NCBI RefSeq assembly: GCF_963921235.1
Contig: NC_086097.1
Location: 32,552,001 to 32,616,000, forward strand
Source: Mobula hypostoma
Taxonomy: Eukaryota
Reading direction: 5' to 3'
DNA length: 64,000 nucleotides
The number at the start of each line of letters is the position of its first letter. Within the stretch, counting starts at the first letter, position 1. Below the pieces are notes generated by a model, which searched no databases, had not been told where the DNA came from, and saw only the letters and a program-made list of their open reading frames with translations. This document shows positions 1-14,300 of this stretch, piece after piece. A program made the position numbers and the translations under genes.

Positions 1-1158
1 AGGCAGTATCTATGGGGGAAGGGGTGAATAAACAGTCCATGTTTCAGGCTGAGACCCTTCATCAGGACTGGAAAGGAAGGGTGAAGAAGCCAGAAAAAGG
101 TGGTGGGGGGAGCTGCGAGCCATCTGCTTTCTACCTGCAGTTATACGACATACTTAAAAGCATGGAGAACACGAATAATCAGTCATGGAGCGGGAGAGAG
201 TGAGGGAGAGGGGGACGCAAAACAAACCTGATTTGTTAGCTTTCCTCTCTCTAAAGATGCTATTTAACCCACTGGGTACCTTAGAACTTTGTTTTTAATC
301 ATGTGAGAGAGAATGAGCAGTATAGATAGAGTTAACGCTAGCAGGCTTTTTCCTACTGAGGTTGGGTGTGAGGTCAGAGGTTAAGGGTTAAAGGTGAAAT
401 ATTAAGGAGAACCTAAGGGGGAACTTCTTCACTCAGACGGTGTTGAGAGTGTGAAGCAAGTTGCCAGTGGAAGTGGTGGATGCAGGCTCGATTGCAGAAA
501 TTAGATGGATGGGAAGGGTATGGTCCAAGTGCAGGTCGATGGGACTAGACAGAATAACAGTTTGCATGAAATACATGGGCCAAAGGGCCTGTTTCTCTAA
601 AACAATAAATGTCACATGTCAGAGATAAAAGAAAACTGATTCTAATTTAATGTTCTGAGGCAATGAGTTTTAAACTGGGCATTGATGGCACAGCGAGCAG
701 AACTGCTGCTTTGCAGCACCAATGATACCAGTTCAATCCTAACATCTGGTGCTGTGTGGAGTTTGCACTTTCTCCCTGTAACTGCATGGGATTCCCCAAG
801 GTGCTCTGGCTTCTTTTCCTCAGGTCAATGGGTTAACTGCAGCAGTATGTGGGGTAGAATCTGAAAGGTAGTAGGGGAATGTGGGGACAATTAAATGGGT
901 AAAGTGTATATTGGTGTTCAAGGGTTGGCACAGATTTGGTGAGCTGAAGGATCGGTTCTTGTGTTGTATCTTTAGGAAAAGCTATAAAATGTAGAATACT
1001 AGAACACTGAGCCTTTGATCAGAATTGAGCAAGTAAGAAACAAAGCACAGTGCAGAAAGGAGTGAAGTGTCGGACTGGTACAGTGTTGTGCTGTGGAGAG
1101 GGCAGGAAGAGTATGTTGGAAAACTGAGGTTGGTAATGGAAAAATTCTTGTTGTTGGG

Positions 1159-1237
1159 CAGGAGTTCCCAAACTGGGGTCCACGGACCCTTGATTAATGG
1201 TAGGGGTCCATGGCATAAAAAAGTTTGGGAACTCCTG
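1159..1237. mobile_element. Small hAT-like MITE (~80 bp); second copy at about 58428-58508
   Basis: TIR caggagttcccaaa / tttgggaactcctg; TSD degenerate. Confidence 0.6.
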
Positions 1238-2118
1238 TAGTAGGATCATAAAACTGGCTTTTCACAGACAGAACCAGGATGTTTTGGAATTGGCAGATAC
1301 TGCACAGCCACCTGTCCCCTTGTTATATCCCGAAAATAAGCATGTCATTTTCCATTTTTGTTACGCTCATCCTGAGTCACTTATTCTGACACTTCAACGA
1401 ATACCACGACCGCTCAAGTTCAGCACATTGTGCTCCATGACGTTTTCAATGCGCTGCAGTGTCTCTGCACTGGACATCTTGGACACTCAACCCAACCTGA
1501 ATGTGAAAACATTTAAGAGAAGAAACAGAAACCAAGAACTTGCAGGCACCTTCAATTTAATCTAAACCTATTGCAGCCAGGGTCTGGCCAATGAATTCCT
1601 CAGGGAGTCTGCTGAGTCAGTTGTTGATGATTGTAGCTATAACCGTTGAAGCAGGCCGCAGGCTCAGGGAGTGTGACCATGAAGAATATCCTGACTAAGA
1701 CAAGGAAGAATAATTAAAATCTTTGCTTCCAGGAGACATAATGCATCCCTTGCAGATGGAGGGTTTATAATCCATATTTGTTATCAAACTGCAAACGATG
1801 CTGACCCCACAGATCACAGCAAGAAGATGGATTCCAGTCACCACCCTGCTTTTTAAAACAATCATTCTCCAAGGCCACTTGTAAATGAACCCGAGAGTTT
1901 CTTCTATGAAGTCACCAGATCAATCAAGTTAATTATGTACTATAAACTCTCCTATTGACACAAAGTTTTTGTTTTTTGGGGATCTGGATGAGACCAAAAT
2001 AAACAGGCAGCAAAGTGTAATGCGTAGTGACACTCAGTTGGTTCCCAACATGGGACCTTGAGGTACACTGGCTTCTCTCTCCCATATGCTGAAAGTTTCA
2101 GGGAACAATCCCGAAGCA

Positions 2119-2349
2119 CTATTGATTAGCAAGCCGCCACTTCTGAGACTCTTCTTGCCGCGCGTCCGGTTGGATCTGGTTTCGCATCCCGCCAAGGACA
2201 TTGGAGGTGGCCTCGGTTGCCACAATCAATGGCTTCACCACGGCCGGAGGGATCTGCCGCAGCACTCCTCCCACTGCTCCGGTCATCCCCCGCTGCTCGT
2301 GTTCCCGCGTCGCTGTCTGGTAAATCATGTGTGCCGTGTCCGTGAATCC
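2119..2349 (-). CDS. ATG2B: ATG2B last coding exon ([21 protein letters not shown]...SQKWRLANQ*), 231 nt
   Basis: tgtgcag acceptor; TAG stop at 2119-2121; ATG_C-like terminus; 3' UTR continues toward lower coordinates (polyA site not determined). Confidence 0.95.
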   Translation of the reverse strand, partial: GFTDTAHMIYQTATREHEQRGMTGAVGGVLRQIPPAVVKPLIVATEATSNVLGGMRNQIQPDARQEESQKWRLANQ

Positions 2350-5300
2350 CTGCACAGGAGGGCAAATTGTAGAAAATGTTAAATTCAGCAGCAGCAGCCT
2401 CGCTCTTCCCCAGCCTGCAACTTCCTCAGAGTTCGGAAAGATGGGATGAAGGTGCAGCTGAAGCACCGGGGAAGGATGAGTCACTGGAATAGTTTTCATT
2501 TAGAGACAGCGCAAAGGAAATCTACCAGAATGCTGCCCGCATTAGACAGCATGTCTCATGAAGAAAGGATGAGTGAGCTCGGCTTTTCTCCTGGAGCACA
2601 GGAGGATATGATAGAGGTATATTTAGGAATGATTTTCGGAAGATCGAGTGGATAACCGTAGACTTTCTCCAAGACTGGAAATGGCTAATACGAGTGGGCA
2701 TAATTTTAAGATGATTGGATGAATGTATGGCGGGGGGGATATCAGAGTTAGGATTTTTTTTAAAAAAACACAGAGCAGTGGGTGCATGGAATGTGCTGCC
2801 AGGGGTGGTGGTAGATGCAGATATATTAGACACATTTAAGAAACTCTTAGCTAGGCAGATAGATGATAAAAAAAATGGAGGGCTATGTAGGAGGGAAGGG
2901 TTACATTGGCCTTGGAGTAGGTTAAATGGTCAGCACAACATTGTGAGCTGAAGGGGCTGTAATATGCTGTACTGTTCTAAGTTCTATTTGCTGATCCTCA
3001 ACACATTCATGATCTAGCTATTACCCACAAGGACTGAAGAGAACATTCCCTGGGCAAGGAAACTGGGAACATGCTTGGAAGAGTAATAAAAGGACAAAGG
3101 TGATCCGAGTGGGGAGTGAGAGGCAGTCTTTGAGATGATCAAGTATAGTGCTGATAATTTATTCCGCAATAGGACAAAGATTGACAAGGTCAGGGTGGTA
3201 GGTGTTGTCTACATGGACTTTCAATGCGACTGTAGGGTAAAGAATACTGAGAGCTAATAACTGGTAAATAGGGATGTGGATTGTGCTAATCTGGTAACAG
3301 GGAACCACAGACAAAAGTAGAGGCATGGAATGCAGCAGTGACAATACCTAAGTTTCAGGAACCTCACTAATTATGTTATAGCATGCACACATTGTTGTAA
3401 TTGAAATCGGATTTATTGTTAGACCTACAGATAATAACTTTATTCTGTAATCAGGACCTGGTCTGCCACTTAATTAAGTCTTCCTGTAGTCACCATCCTG
3501 TTATCAAAATATAGTTTTACTGGTAATCTTGACAACTGAGAATGTAAAAGTTGTACCAAATTCATGCTCAGATAGATGAGCTTTGGCTGGTCTCCTGGTG
3601 CGCACCAGTTTTTAATAACTCACTCATTATTTTGAACACCAGCTCCATGTGGCCTTTCAATTTATTCGTACAAAGGCTTTTTATACTGTCAAATGTTTCC
3701 ATTCATTTGGCATATCCATATCCCTTGATCTATCCTCACAACTTACTTTTCACCCATGTAAGCAGCAAGTCTGGTTACAGTACATGTGATCTATTCATTC
3801 ATATAGATCGTAATCAGAGGAAAAAAGTAACCAAAGTGTAAAATATGTTAAAGATTGATGTGTTATGGTATTTAATATTGTTGCTGTTAAAGTGTTAAAT
3901 ATGTAGTGAAGTAGTGCGAGGTCACAAGGCAAAGCACAATGGCGTTTTAGAGTCACAATTCTGTCATGCTAACTGCAAACATAATCATGTTTTTAAAAAC
4001 TCGCTGCATGTGAAAGCTGGAGCACTAATTTAGACAAACAAGAGGCTGCAGATGCTGGAAACGGGAGCAAACTCAATCTGTTAGAGGGACTCAGCGGGTC
4101 AAACAATGTTTGTGGGAGGAAATGTAGAAAGGTAGTGAGACAGGGCCCAGTATGTGAATTGTGGACCAAAGGATGATGAAGGAAGATGGACAGGAGTCAG
4201 GAGGGGGAAAAGGCTGAGCTGGAAGACTGAAGCACCTACTCACCAAAGTATGGCACTTGAAACAAGTGGGGATAGAACACTGAGAAAAAGATAAAGACAA
4301 AGCAGATGCCGAGTCATCCAAACAGCCACATTACTGAAACAATGTGAGTGCAAGAAAGCAAACAAGGATAATAAGAAATAACACCCTGCAAAATAGGGAA
4401 CAGGACATGCGAATGAACAGGACAAATAACACATGAAATACACACAGTGGCCACTGTATTAGTACAGGAGGTACCTAAGTGACCACTGAGTGTATTTCCG
4501 TATGTTCCTGGTCATCTGCTACTGCAGCCCATCTTCTTTAAAGTTTGACATGTTGTGCATTCAGACATGCACTTCTGCACATCACTGTTGTAAAGTGTGG
4601 TTATTTGAGTTTCTGTCACCTTCCACCAGTCTGACCATTCTACTCTGACCTCCCTCATTAATAAGGCATTTTAGTTCACAGAACTGCCGCTCACAAGACT
4701 TTTTTTTTGTTTTCGCACCATTCTCTGTAAACTCGAGAGACTGTTGTATGTGAAAATCCCAAGAGATCAGCAGTTTCTGAGGTACTCAAACCACCCCATC
4801 TGGCACCAACAATCATTCCACAGTCACAGTCACTTACATCACATTTCTTCCTTGTTCTGATATTTAGTCTGAATAACAACTAAACCTCTTGACTATGTCT
4901 GCATGCTTTTTTGCATTTGGTTGCTGCTACATGGTTGGCTGATTAGATATTTGCATTAATGAGCAGGTGTACAGGTGTACTGAAGTAAAATGTGTTGTTT
5001 GTATCAATGACCAGCACAGTCCAAGGTTGTGCTGCGGACACCTCACAAGTGCCAACATAGTATGCCCATAACTTACCACCCAGGTCTTTAGAATATACAG
5101 TATGTGGGAGGAAACTGGAGCACCCACTGGAAACCCACAAGGTCCTGGGGAGTATGTACAAACTCTTTACAGACAGCAGCATGAATCGAATCACAATCAT
5201 TGCCGTTATAAAGCATTATGCCAGCCATTACTGAATCATGCTGCCACAATTAAGCTATATTATTTATGATTTAACAAATCTTCCAAAAATAATGGCCCTA

Positions 5301-8300
5301 AATCTGTGGCCCATTACCTATAACTTGCTAATGTGAAAACGTACCGAGGGATATCGATATGCCAAAGGAATGGACAAATATTTGACAGTGGGAACGTAAA
5401 AGATCTGGCTATAAAGTCCATGCAGACAACGTCAACTGCCCTACCTTCATCAATCCTCATGCTTACTTCCTCAAAACAATATGTTCTATTGCTGAATAAA
5501 TTACTCAGAATAAACTCTATCTTCCCAAAGGCTGATTCTTACTCCAAACTAATGTCCCATGTTTTCTGTTGGTTAGCAAATCCTCTCTTCGTAAAAATAC
5601 ACTGCACATCCACCACCCTTTTCCATGCCACAAACTCGTACCTCTTTCACCAGGTCGTACGCCTTAGCTACTCCCTCACGGAGATCGACTGGCTGATGAG
5701 CCAGCCGATGCTGAGAAATCCGTTTTGTCTTCATCAAACCATGCGAATTGCTGCCCGGAGAAACCATATCGTAGGCGGTCTCAGCTGCTGCCTGAAGGAA
5801 ATAAAATTGTTCACATATGATGCAATTCTGCAGTTACAGGTTTAGAATCTAGATTTATTTTGATGATTGTTATGGGAGCTTGTGGTCTTGTCAACTCCTG
5901 TATGCAAGAGATGAGAAACCTGCAGTTGTGGATAGCACAAAAAGTAGTATATTGCTCAGATGGAAAGTTTGAAAGAGCGGTGTACAATAAAATTTAATTC
6001 CAACACTGAGTGGTGATGTACTTTGGGAAGGGAAACAAAGAGACCTACGAGTCTTTTCCCAAGAAGGGGTGCAAAATATTAAAAAAGAGGGCATAGGTTT
6101 AAGATCAGACATGAGAGATTTAAAACATAGATCAGAGACAAGATATTTAGAACACAGTACAGGCCCATCAGCCCACAATGTTAATCTAAGATCAAGCTAC
6201 CCCACCCTCTCAACATAACCCTGAGGATGAAGAAGTGGAGGGACGGGTTAGTAAATTTGCTGATGACACAAAGGTTGGGGGTGTTGTGGATAGTGAGGAG
6301 GGCTGTCAGAGGTTACAGCGGGACATTGATAAGATGCAGAACTAGGCTAAGAAATAGCAGATGGAGTTCAACCCAGATAAGGGTGAGGTGGTTCATTTTG
6401 GTAGGTCAAATATGATGGCAGAATATAGTATTAATGGTAAGACTCTTGGCAGTGCGGAGGATCAGAGGGATCTAGGGGTCCGAGGCCATAGGACACTCAA
6501 AGCTGCTGCGCAACTTGACTCTGTGGTTAAGAAGGCATACAGTGCATTGGCCTTCATCAATCGTGGGACTGAGTTTAAGAGCCGAGAGGTAGTGTTGCAG
6601 CTGTATAGGACCCTGGTCAGACCCCACTTGGAGTACTGTGCTCAGTTCTGGTTGCCTCACTACAGGAAAGATGTGGAAACCATAGAAAGGGTGCAGAGAG
6701 GAGATTTGCAAGGATGTTGCCTGGATTGGGGAGCATGCTTTATGAGAACAGGTTGAGTGAACTTAGCCTTTTCTTCTTGGAGCGACGGAGGGTGAGAGGT
6801 GACCTGACAGAGGTGAATAAGACGATGAGAAGCATTGATTGTGTAGATAGTCAGAGGCTTTTTCCCAGGGCTGAGGTAGCTAGCATGAGAGGGCACAGTT
6901 TTAAGGCGCTTGGAAGTAGGTACAGAGGAGATGTCGGGTAAGTTTTTTTACGCAGAGAGTGGTGAGTGCATGGAATGGGTGGCTAGCGACGGTGGTGAAG
7001 ACGGTTACGATAAGGTCTTTCAAGAGTCTCCTGGATAGGTACATGGAACTTAGAAAAACAGAGGGCTATGGGTAACCCTAGGTAATTTCTAAGGTAAGGA
7101 CATGTTCAGCACAGCTTTATGGGCCGAAGGGCCTGTACTGTACTGAAGGTTTTCTATGTTTCTATAACCCTCTATTTTTCTATCATCCATGTGCTTAAGG
7201 ATTTTCTTAAATGTCCCTAATGTATCTGCCTCTATCATCACCATTGGCAGTGTGTACCACACATCACCACTCTCTGTATAAATAAACTTACCTCTGATAT
7301 TCTCTCTATACTTTCTCTCAAATACTTATAAGTTATAAGATCATAAGACCATAAAATTTAGGAGCAAAATAGGCCATTTGGCCCATCGAGTCTGCTCCAC
7401 CATTTCATCATGACTGATTCATTTTACCCTCTCAGCTCCAATCTCCTGCCTTCATGCCCTGACTAATCAAGAATCTATAAACCTTTGCCTTAAGTATTCC
7501 CAATGACTTGGCCTCCACAGCTGCCCGTGGCAAAGAATTCCAGACTCACCATTCTCTGCCTAAAGAGATTCCTCCACATCTCCATTCTAAAAGGACACCC
7601 TCTATTCTGAGACTGTCCTCTGGTCTTAGACTCTCCCATCATAAGAAACATCCTCTCCACATTCATTCTGTCAAGGCCTTTCAACGTTTAATAGGTTTCA
7701 ATTAGGTCACCCCTCATTTTTCTGAATTCCACTGAGTAGAGGCCTAGATCCATCAAACACTCCTCATATGGTAAGCCTTTCAATCCTGGAATCATTTTCA
7801 TGAACCCCCTTTGAACCATCCCCAATGTCAGCACATCCTTTCTTAAAATAAGGAGCCCAAAACTGCTCACACTACCCTAAGTGAGGCCTCACCAGTGCTT
7901 CATAAAGTCTCAATGTTACATTCTTGCTTTTATATCTCAGTCCTTTCAAAATGAATACTAACATCGCATGTGCCTTCCTCACTCAATCTACAAATTAACT
8001 TTCAGGGAATCCTGCACAAGGACTCCCAAGTCTCTTTGCACCTCAGATATTTGAATTTTCTCTCCATTCAGAAAGTAGTCTACACTTTTATTTCTTCTAC
8101 CAAAGTGCATGACCATATACTTCCCAACACTGTATTCCACCTGCCATTTCTTTGCCCATTCTCCTAATTTATCTGTCATTCTGCAGATGCTCTACTTCCT
8201 CAAAACTACCTGCTTCTCCACCTACCTTCGTATTGTCTGCAAGCTTGGCCACAAAGCCATCAATTCTATCATTCAAATCACTGACATCTAACATAAGAAG

Positions 8301-11300
8301 TGGTTCCAACACAGACCCCTGTGGAACACCACTAGTCACCATCAGCCAACCAGAAAAGACTCCCTTTATTCCCACTCTTTGCATCCTGCCAATCAGCCAA
8401 TGCTCTATCCATGCTAGTATCTCTTCTGTAATACCATGGGCTCTTAACTTGTTAAGCAGCCTCATGTGTGGTATCTTGTCAAAGGCCTTCTGAAGATCTA
8501 AGTACACAACATCAACCGATTCTCCTTTGTCTATCCTGCTTGTTATTTCTTCAATGAGTTCCAACGATTTGTCAGGCAAGATTTTCCCTGAAGGAAACCA
8601 TGCCAACTATGATCTATTTTATCATGTGCCCCAAGGTACCCCAAAACCACAGCCTTAACAATTGATTCCAACATCTTCCCAACCACTGAGGTCAGACTAA
8701 CAGGCCTAAAATTTCCTTTCTTCTGCCTCTCTCCCTTCTTAGAGAGGAGTGACATTTGCAATTTTCCAGTCTTCCGGAACCATCCCAAAATCAACTGGTT
8801 CTTGAAAGATCATTACTAAAGCCTCCACAATCTCTTCAGCCACCTTTTTCAGAATCCTGGGGTGTAAACATCTGATCAAGGTGAGTTATCTACCTTCAGA
8901 CCTTTCTGTTTCCAAAGAACTTTCTTCTGAGTAATGGCAACTTCACTCACTTCTGCCCCATGACACTCTCAAACTTCCACCATACTGCTAGTGCCTTCTA
9001 CAGTGAAGAACGATGCAAATACTTATTCAGTTCATCCACCATTTCCTTGTCCCCATTACTACCTCCCCAGCATATTGTCCAGTGGTCCAACATCTTCTCT
9101 CGCCTCTTTTACATTTTATATATCTGAAGAAGCTTTTGGTATCCTTTTTAATAGTAGTGGCTAGCTTATTTTTGTATTCCATCTTTTCCTTCTTTATGAC
9201 TTTTTTTAGTTGCCTTTTGTTGGTTTTTAAAAGCTTCCCAAACCTCTAAGTTTCCACTCATTTTTGCTCTATTGTATGCCCTTTCTTTGGCTTTAATGTT
9301 GACTTTGACGTCTCGTCAGCCACGGTTGCGTCATTCTGCCTTTATAATACTACTTCTTCACTGGAATGTATATAGTCTGCACTTCCAGAAATTCTAGCCG
9401 TTGCTGTTCTGCTGTCATCCTTGCTAGTGTTCCGTTCCAATCAATTTTGGCCAGCTCCTCTTCATGCCTCTGTATTTCCCTTTACTCCACTGATTTCAGC
9501 TTTTCCTTCTCATATTGTAGGATGAATTCTATCATGCTCCCTTGGATTAGCTATTTCTGCCCTGGGAAAAAGTCTCTTGCTGTCCACTCAATCTATGCCC
9601 CTGTCAAGTCACCTCTTATCCTCCTTCGCTCGAAAGAGAAAGGCCCTAGCTTGCTCAAGCTATTCTCACACAGAGCCATGGGCCAAAATGCAGGCAGATA
9701 GAACTTGCTTACTCGGCAACACAGTGATGAGTTGGGTTGAAGGGCATGTTTCCCTGCTGTGACTATGACTCTATCTCGAGTTCCTGTGTAATTGTAGTGA
9801 GGATGCTTTTATGTTCATGAGAGATGGTCTCCTTTACCTGTATAGTTTGCACCAGTCGATTCGTCAGTTCGAGGGCAGCCATGGCAGTGGAGGTTCCAAA
9901 AGAGGCTGCTCCTCGTTGCAGCCCTCTCACAATACGTCCATCCCTGCGATACTGCTCAATAGGCAGCCAGACCAGATCCTTCAATCCTTGAACTGATCAA
10001 CAACAGCATTAGTCAATAACACACCAGATTTAAAGATAATAATTGGCTTTATTTGTCACATGTGCATCAAAAATGTACAATTTACATCAGTGCCCAACAC
10101 AGTCCAAGGATTGGTGGGGGCACCCCGCAAGTGTCACCAAGTTTTCGGCACCTATATAGCATGCCTGCAACTTCCTAACCCGGCTAATACTCTGAATGTC
10201 AACGGTTAAAATTATTCCATAATCCTCAAAAACATGGAATGTCCATTTGACTGCTTCGTTTTATAGAAATATTAAGCAACTATCTGTACCTTACACACAG
10301 CTCCTCCCTGGGATACAAATAGCCAACTATAATCATGAACGAACCACAGGATGGATGAGGATAGAATTGCCAGCTGCTGCAGCTAACTTGTGCCGGGTGA
10401 GAATGGGACATTTCTGGGTGCCTTCTCTCCACCAGCAACACCCCCCCCCCACACTGAGTCACAACACTTTGTTCTATGGGACCTCTCCCCCCAGAGCTGG
10501 GAACGATGACCTGACTCACAGTGAGGCCGGTTGGCTGCTATTCCCACATCTTCACTCTCCCGTCACAGCCATTTCTGTGACCCTCTCCCACACAATGCAT
10601 TTCTTTATTTCTGACCTACAGTTGTCAGGAACGGGAACACCATCGTAACCTGGGGGCTACCTCCAGTTCCACAGTTTCCAGAAAAAAAGCAGATTATCTG
10701 GTTCCCACTGAAACTTTATACCATTTCACCTGATGACTGATTTTCTGTGACTGCTTGGCATTACTCTGGCCCTTGCCCTAAAGGATATGATGGTGTGTCA
10801 ATATACGACAGTGCAGAACAGTTCCTCGTGCAGGTTCGGAGAACTGCCTGTCCTACAGGGAAATGGTGAAGAGTTTCAAGTTCCTGGGTGTCAACATCTC
10901 TGAAGATCTATCTTGGGCCCAGCATATTGTTGCAATAATGAAAAAGGCACACCAGCGGCTCTACTGCATTAGATGTTTGAGGAAATTTGGTATGTACCAA
11001 AGATGAGCAAATTTTTACAAATATACCATGGAGAGCATTCTAATGGGCTACGTCACCATCTGGTATGGAGTGGCCACTGCACAGGATCAGAAAAAGCTGC
11101 AGAGATTGTAAACTCTGCCAGCTCCATCACGGTCACCAGCCTCTCCACCATCAAGGATATCTTCAAAGAGCAGTGCTTCAGAAAGGCAGCATCCATCATT
11201 AAGGACCACCACCATTCAGGACATGCCCTATTCTCATTACTGCCATCAGGGAGGAGGTACAGGAGTCTGAAGACACACACTCAAATGTTTTAGGAACAGC

Positions 11301-14300
11301 TTCTTCCCCCTTGCCATCAGATTTCTGAACAGTCCCTGAACACACTACTTCATTATTTTTCACTCTTTCTTTGCACTACTTATTTATTTTACATTATGTA
11401 TTGCAAATCGACAAATTTCCCGACGTATGTTGAACTCTTAAAATACAGCTTTAATGACAAATAACTTTATTAAAACTCTTCAGTTCTACTGGCTAGGTTA
11501 CATCATAATGGCCATCTTCGACAGAAGGGAATACCTAACCATCTATTACCAAACTCTTTCAGTTATTTTGGTGGGTCCCGATTGATCAAAACTTGAACTG
11601 CACACATGAATTCTATAGCTGCAGTAGCAGGAGACCTCTGCAAGGCAGTGGTCCTGGCAAAGAGTGGCACACCTCCCAACCTTAAATCCTGCAAAAGTCT
11701 GAGGATGGCAGAGACAGGTACTGACAAATTTTAAATACAGTTGCAAGAAAAATTTTGTGAACCCTTTGTACTTACTTGTTTTTCTGCATTACTTATAAAA
11801 TGTGGTGTAATCTTCATCTAGGTCACAATAATAGACAAACACAATCTCCCTAACCTAATAACACACAAACAATTGTACTTTTCATATCCTTATTGAACAC
11901 ATTACTTAATAACTAGTAGAACCTCCTTTAGCAGCAATAACCTCCACCATTGTGCTGATCAGACTTGCACAATATTGAGGAGGAATTTTAGACCATGCTT
12001 CCATACAAAACTGTTGCAGTTCATCAATATTTCTGGGATATCTTGCATGAACAGCCCTCTTCAGTCATGCCACAAATTCTCAATTGGGTTAAGGTCTGGA
12101 TTCTGACTTGGCCATTCCAAAACACAAATTTTCTTCTTTTTAAACCATTACGTTGTTGATTTACTCTTGTGTTTCAGATCATTGCCTTGTTGCATCATCC
12201 AACTTTTATTCAGCTTCAGGTGACAGACCACTACCCTGACACTCTCCCGCAAATTATCTTGATACAATTTTGAATTCATTGATTGCAAGCTGCCCAAGCC
12301 CTGAGGTAGCAAAGCAGCCCAAACCATGATGACCCTTCCAGCGTGCTTCACAGATGAGAAGGGGTTTTGGTGTTGGTGTGCAGTGGCCTTCCTCCCCCAC
12401 AAACACAGTGGTGTGCATTCCTGCTAAATAGTTCAACTTCTGTCTCATCTATCCATAGAACATTGTCCCAGAAGTGTTGTGGAACATCTAGGTGGTTTTT
12501 CGCAAATTTGAGACATGCAGCAATAAATTTTTTGGAGGGCAGTGCTTTCCTCTGTGGTGTCCTTCCATGAACTCCATTCTTGTTCAGTGTTATTCTTATA
12601 GTGGCCATGTGAACAGAGATTTTAGCAAGTTCTCGAGATTTCTGCAGGTCTTTTGCTGTTACCCTTGGGTCCTTTTTCACCTCCTTCAGCATTGCACATT
12701 GTGCTCTTGGTGTGATCTTTTCAGGACGCCCAGTCCTAGAGAGAGGATCAACAGCAACACACACAAAATGCTGGAGGAACTCAGCAGGCCAGGCAGGATC
12801 TATGGAAAAGAGTATGGTCGACATTTCGGGCCAAGGCAATTCATCAGTCCCGATGAAGGGTCTCGGCCCAAAACATCGGCTATACATTTTTTCCATAGAT
12901 GCTACCTGGCCTGCTGAGTTCCTCCAGCATTTTGTTTTGTTGCTTGGATTTCCAGCATTTGCAGATTTTCTCTTGTTTGTGAGAGCATTAACAGTACCAA
13001 ATTTCCTCCATTTGTAGACAATTTCTCTCAGTGTGGACTGATGAATACTTAGCTTCATGCATCTCTAAAATTTTTCTTCTAAGGCCCTCTGAAAGTTGCT
13101 TTGATTGAGGCATGGTGTACATAAATAGATCTTTCTTAAGAACAGGCTCTGTCAGTAACTTGACTTTGAGTGTCTTTCAAGGGGCAGGGCACCTCTACAA
13201 CCCATACCTCCAATCTCATTTCATTCATCGGAACACCTGGCTCCAAATAGTTTCTGTAGAAAGCATTACCCCAGAGGTTCACATACTTTTCTGAATCTAG
13301 ACTGTAATTGGTGTACTCAGTATTGATAAGAAAATGTACAATTGTTTGTGTTTTCTCAGTTTAGGTAGATTATGTTTGCATATTATTGTGACTTAGATGG
13401 AGATCAGACCACATTTTAACGAGGTAATTGCAAAGGGTTCACAAACTTTTTCTTGCAACTGTAGATAGATGAGCACTTGATTTACCAAGGGCTGGGAAAT
13501 GATTTTAAAAACATATGGCTAGTTAATCAGCATGGATAGGGTGGGTAGAAGGACTGGTTTCTGTGCCATGAATCAATAAGTTTGTATCAACCACAAGACC
13601 ATAAGAGTATAAGATATTAGGCCATTTGGCCCATTGAGTTTGTTCTGCCATTTGATCATGACTTGATTTATTATATGTTTGTCCATCGTCATCGTTGATG
13701 AAGACGAACACACAATAAATCAGTCATGAGTTTGTTCTGCCATTTGCTCATGACTGATTTATTTCCCCTTTCAACCACATTCTTCTGCCTTCTCCCTGTA
13801 ACATTTGATGCCCTCACTAATCAAGAACCTATCAACCTTTGCTTTAAATATACCAAATAACATAGCCTCCACTGCCACCACCCATGGCAGTGAATTCCAC
13901 AATTCACCACTCTCTGGTCAAAGAAATTCCTCCTCATCTCTGCTGCAAGGGATGTCCATTATTCTAAGGCTGCGTCCTCTGGTCCTGGACTCCCTTACTA
14001 TTGGAAAGATCCTCTGCACATCCACTTTATCTAGGCATTTCAATATTTGATAGGTTTCAATGAGATCCCCCCTCATTCTTCTGAACTCCAGTGAGTACAG
14101 ATCTCGGAGAGCATGTTCCTCATTCCTGGGATAATTCTTGTAAATATTCTCTGGACCCTCTCCAATCTTTTCTTTCCTCTTTTGGACATGGGGGCCAATA
14201 ATCCAAATATGGTCTGAACAATGCCTTATAAAGCCTCAGCAATACATCCTTGTTTTCATATTCTAGTCCTCTGGAAATGAATGCTAACATTGCTGCATCT

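Noticed and set aside
33..70. Further hammerhead-like motifs (33-70, 12846-12880, 38219-38256, 41272-41305, 55932-55969, 58974-59006)
   Set aside because: Core, stem I or ACGU palindrome mutated; treated as inactive relics.
1..2118. ATG2B polyadenylation site or a neighbouring gene
   Set aside because: No clear minus-strand AATAAA; only scattered ATTAAA among repeats, and ORF 1197..1565 has no recognisable homology.
3700..3800. Possible cryptic minus-strand exon ending at gtaagt (3741-3746)
   Set aside because: Flanking exons already join in frame and no ATG2-like peptide is encoded.
5333..5845. 170-aa plus-strand ORF and other ORFs antisense to exons (2086..2382, 9811..9996, 50664..50882)
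   Set aside because: Shadows of ATG2B exons with no recognisable homology.
10729..10800. ctgatga...tgatgg as a possible intronic C/D snoRNA
   Set aside because: No convincing RUGAUGA box with a suitably spaced D box and terminal stem.
12348..13058. 236-aa ORF as a novel protein
   Set aside because: Chimera of Tc1 transposase remnant and the inserted hairpin; the catalytic region is frameshifted.
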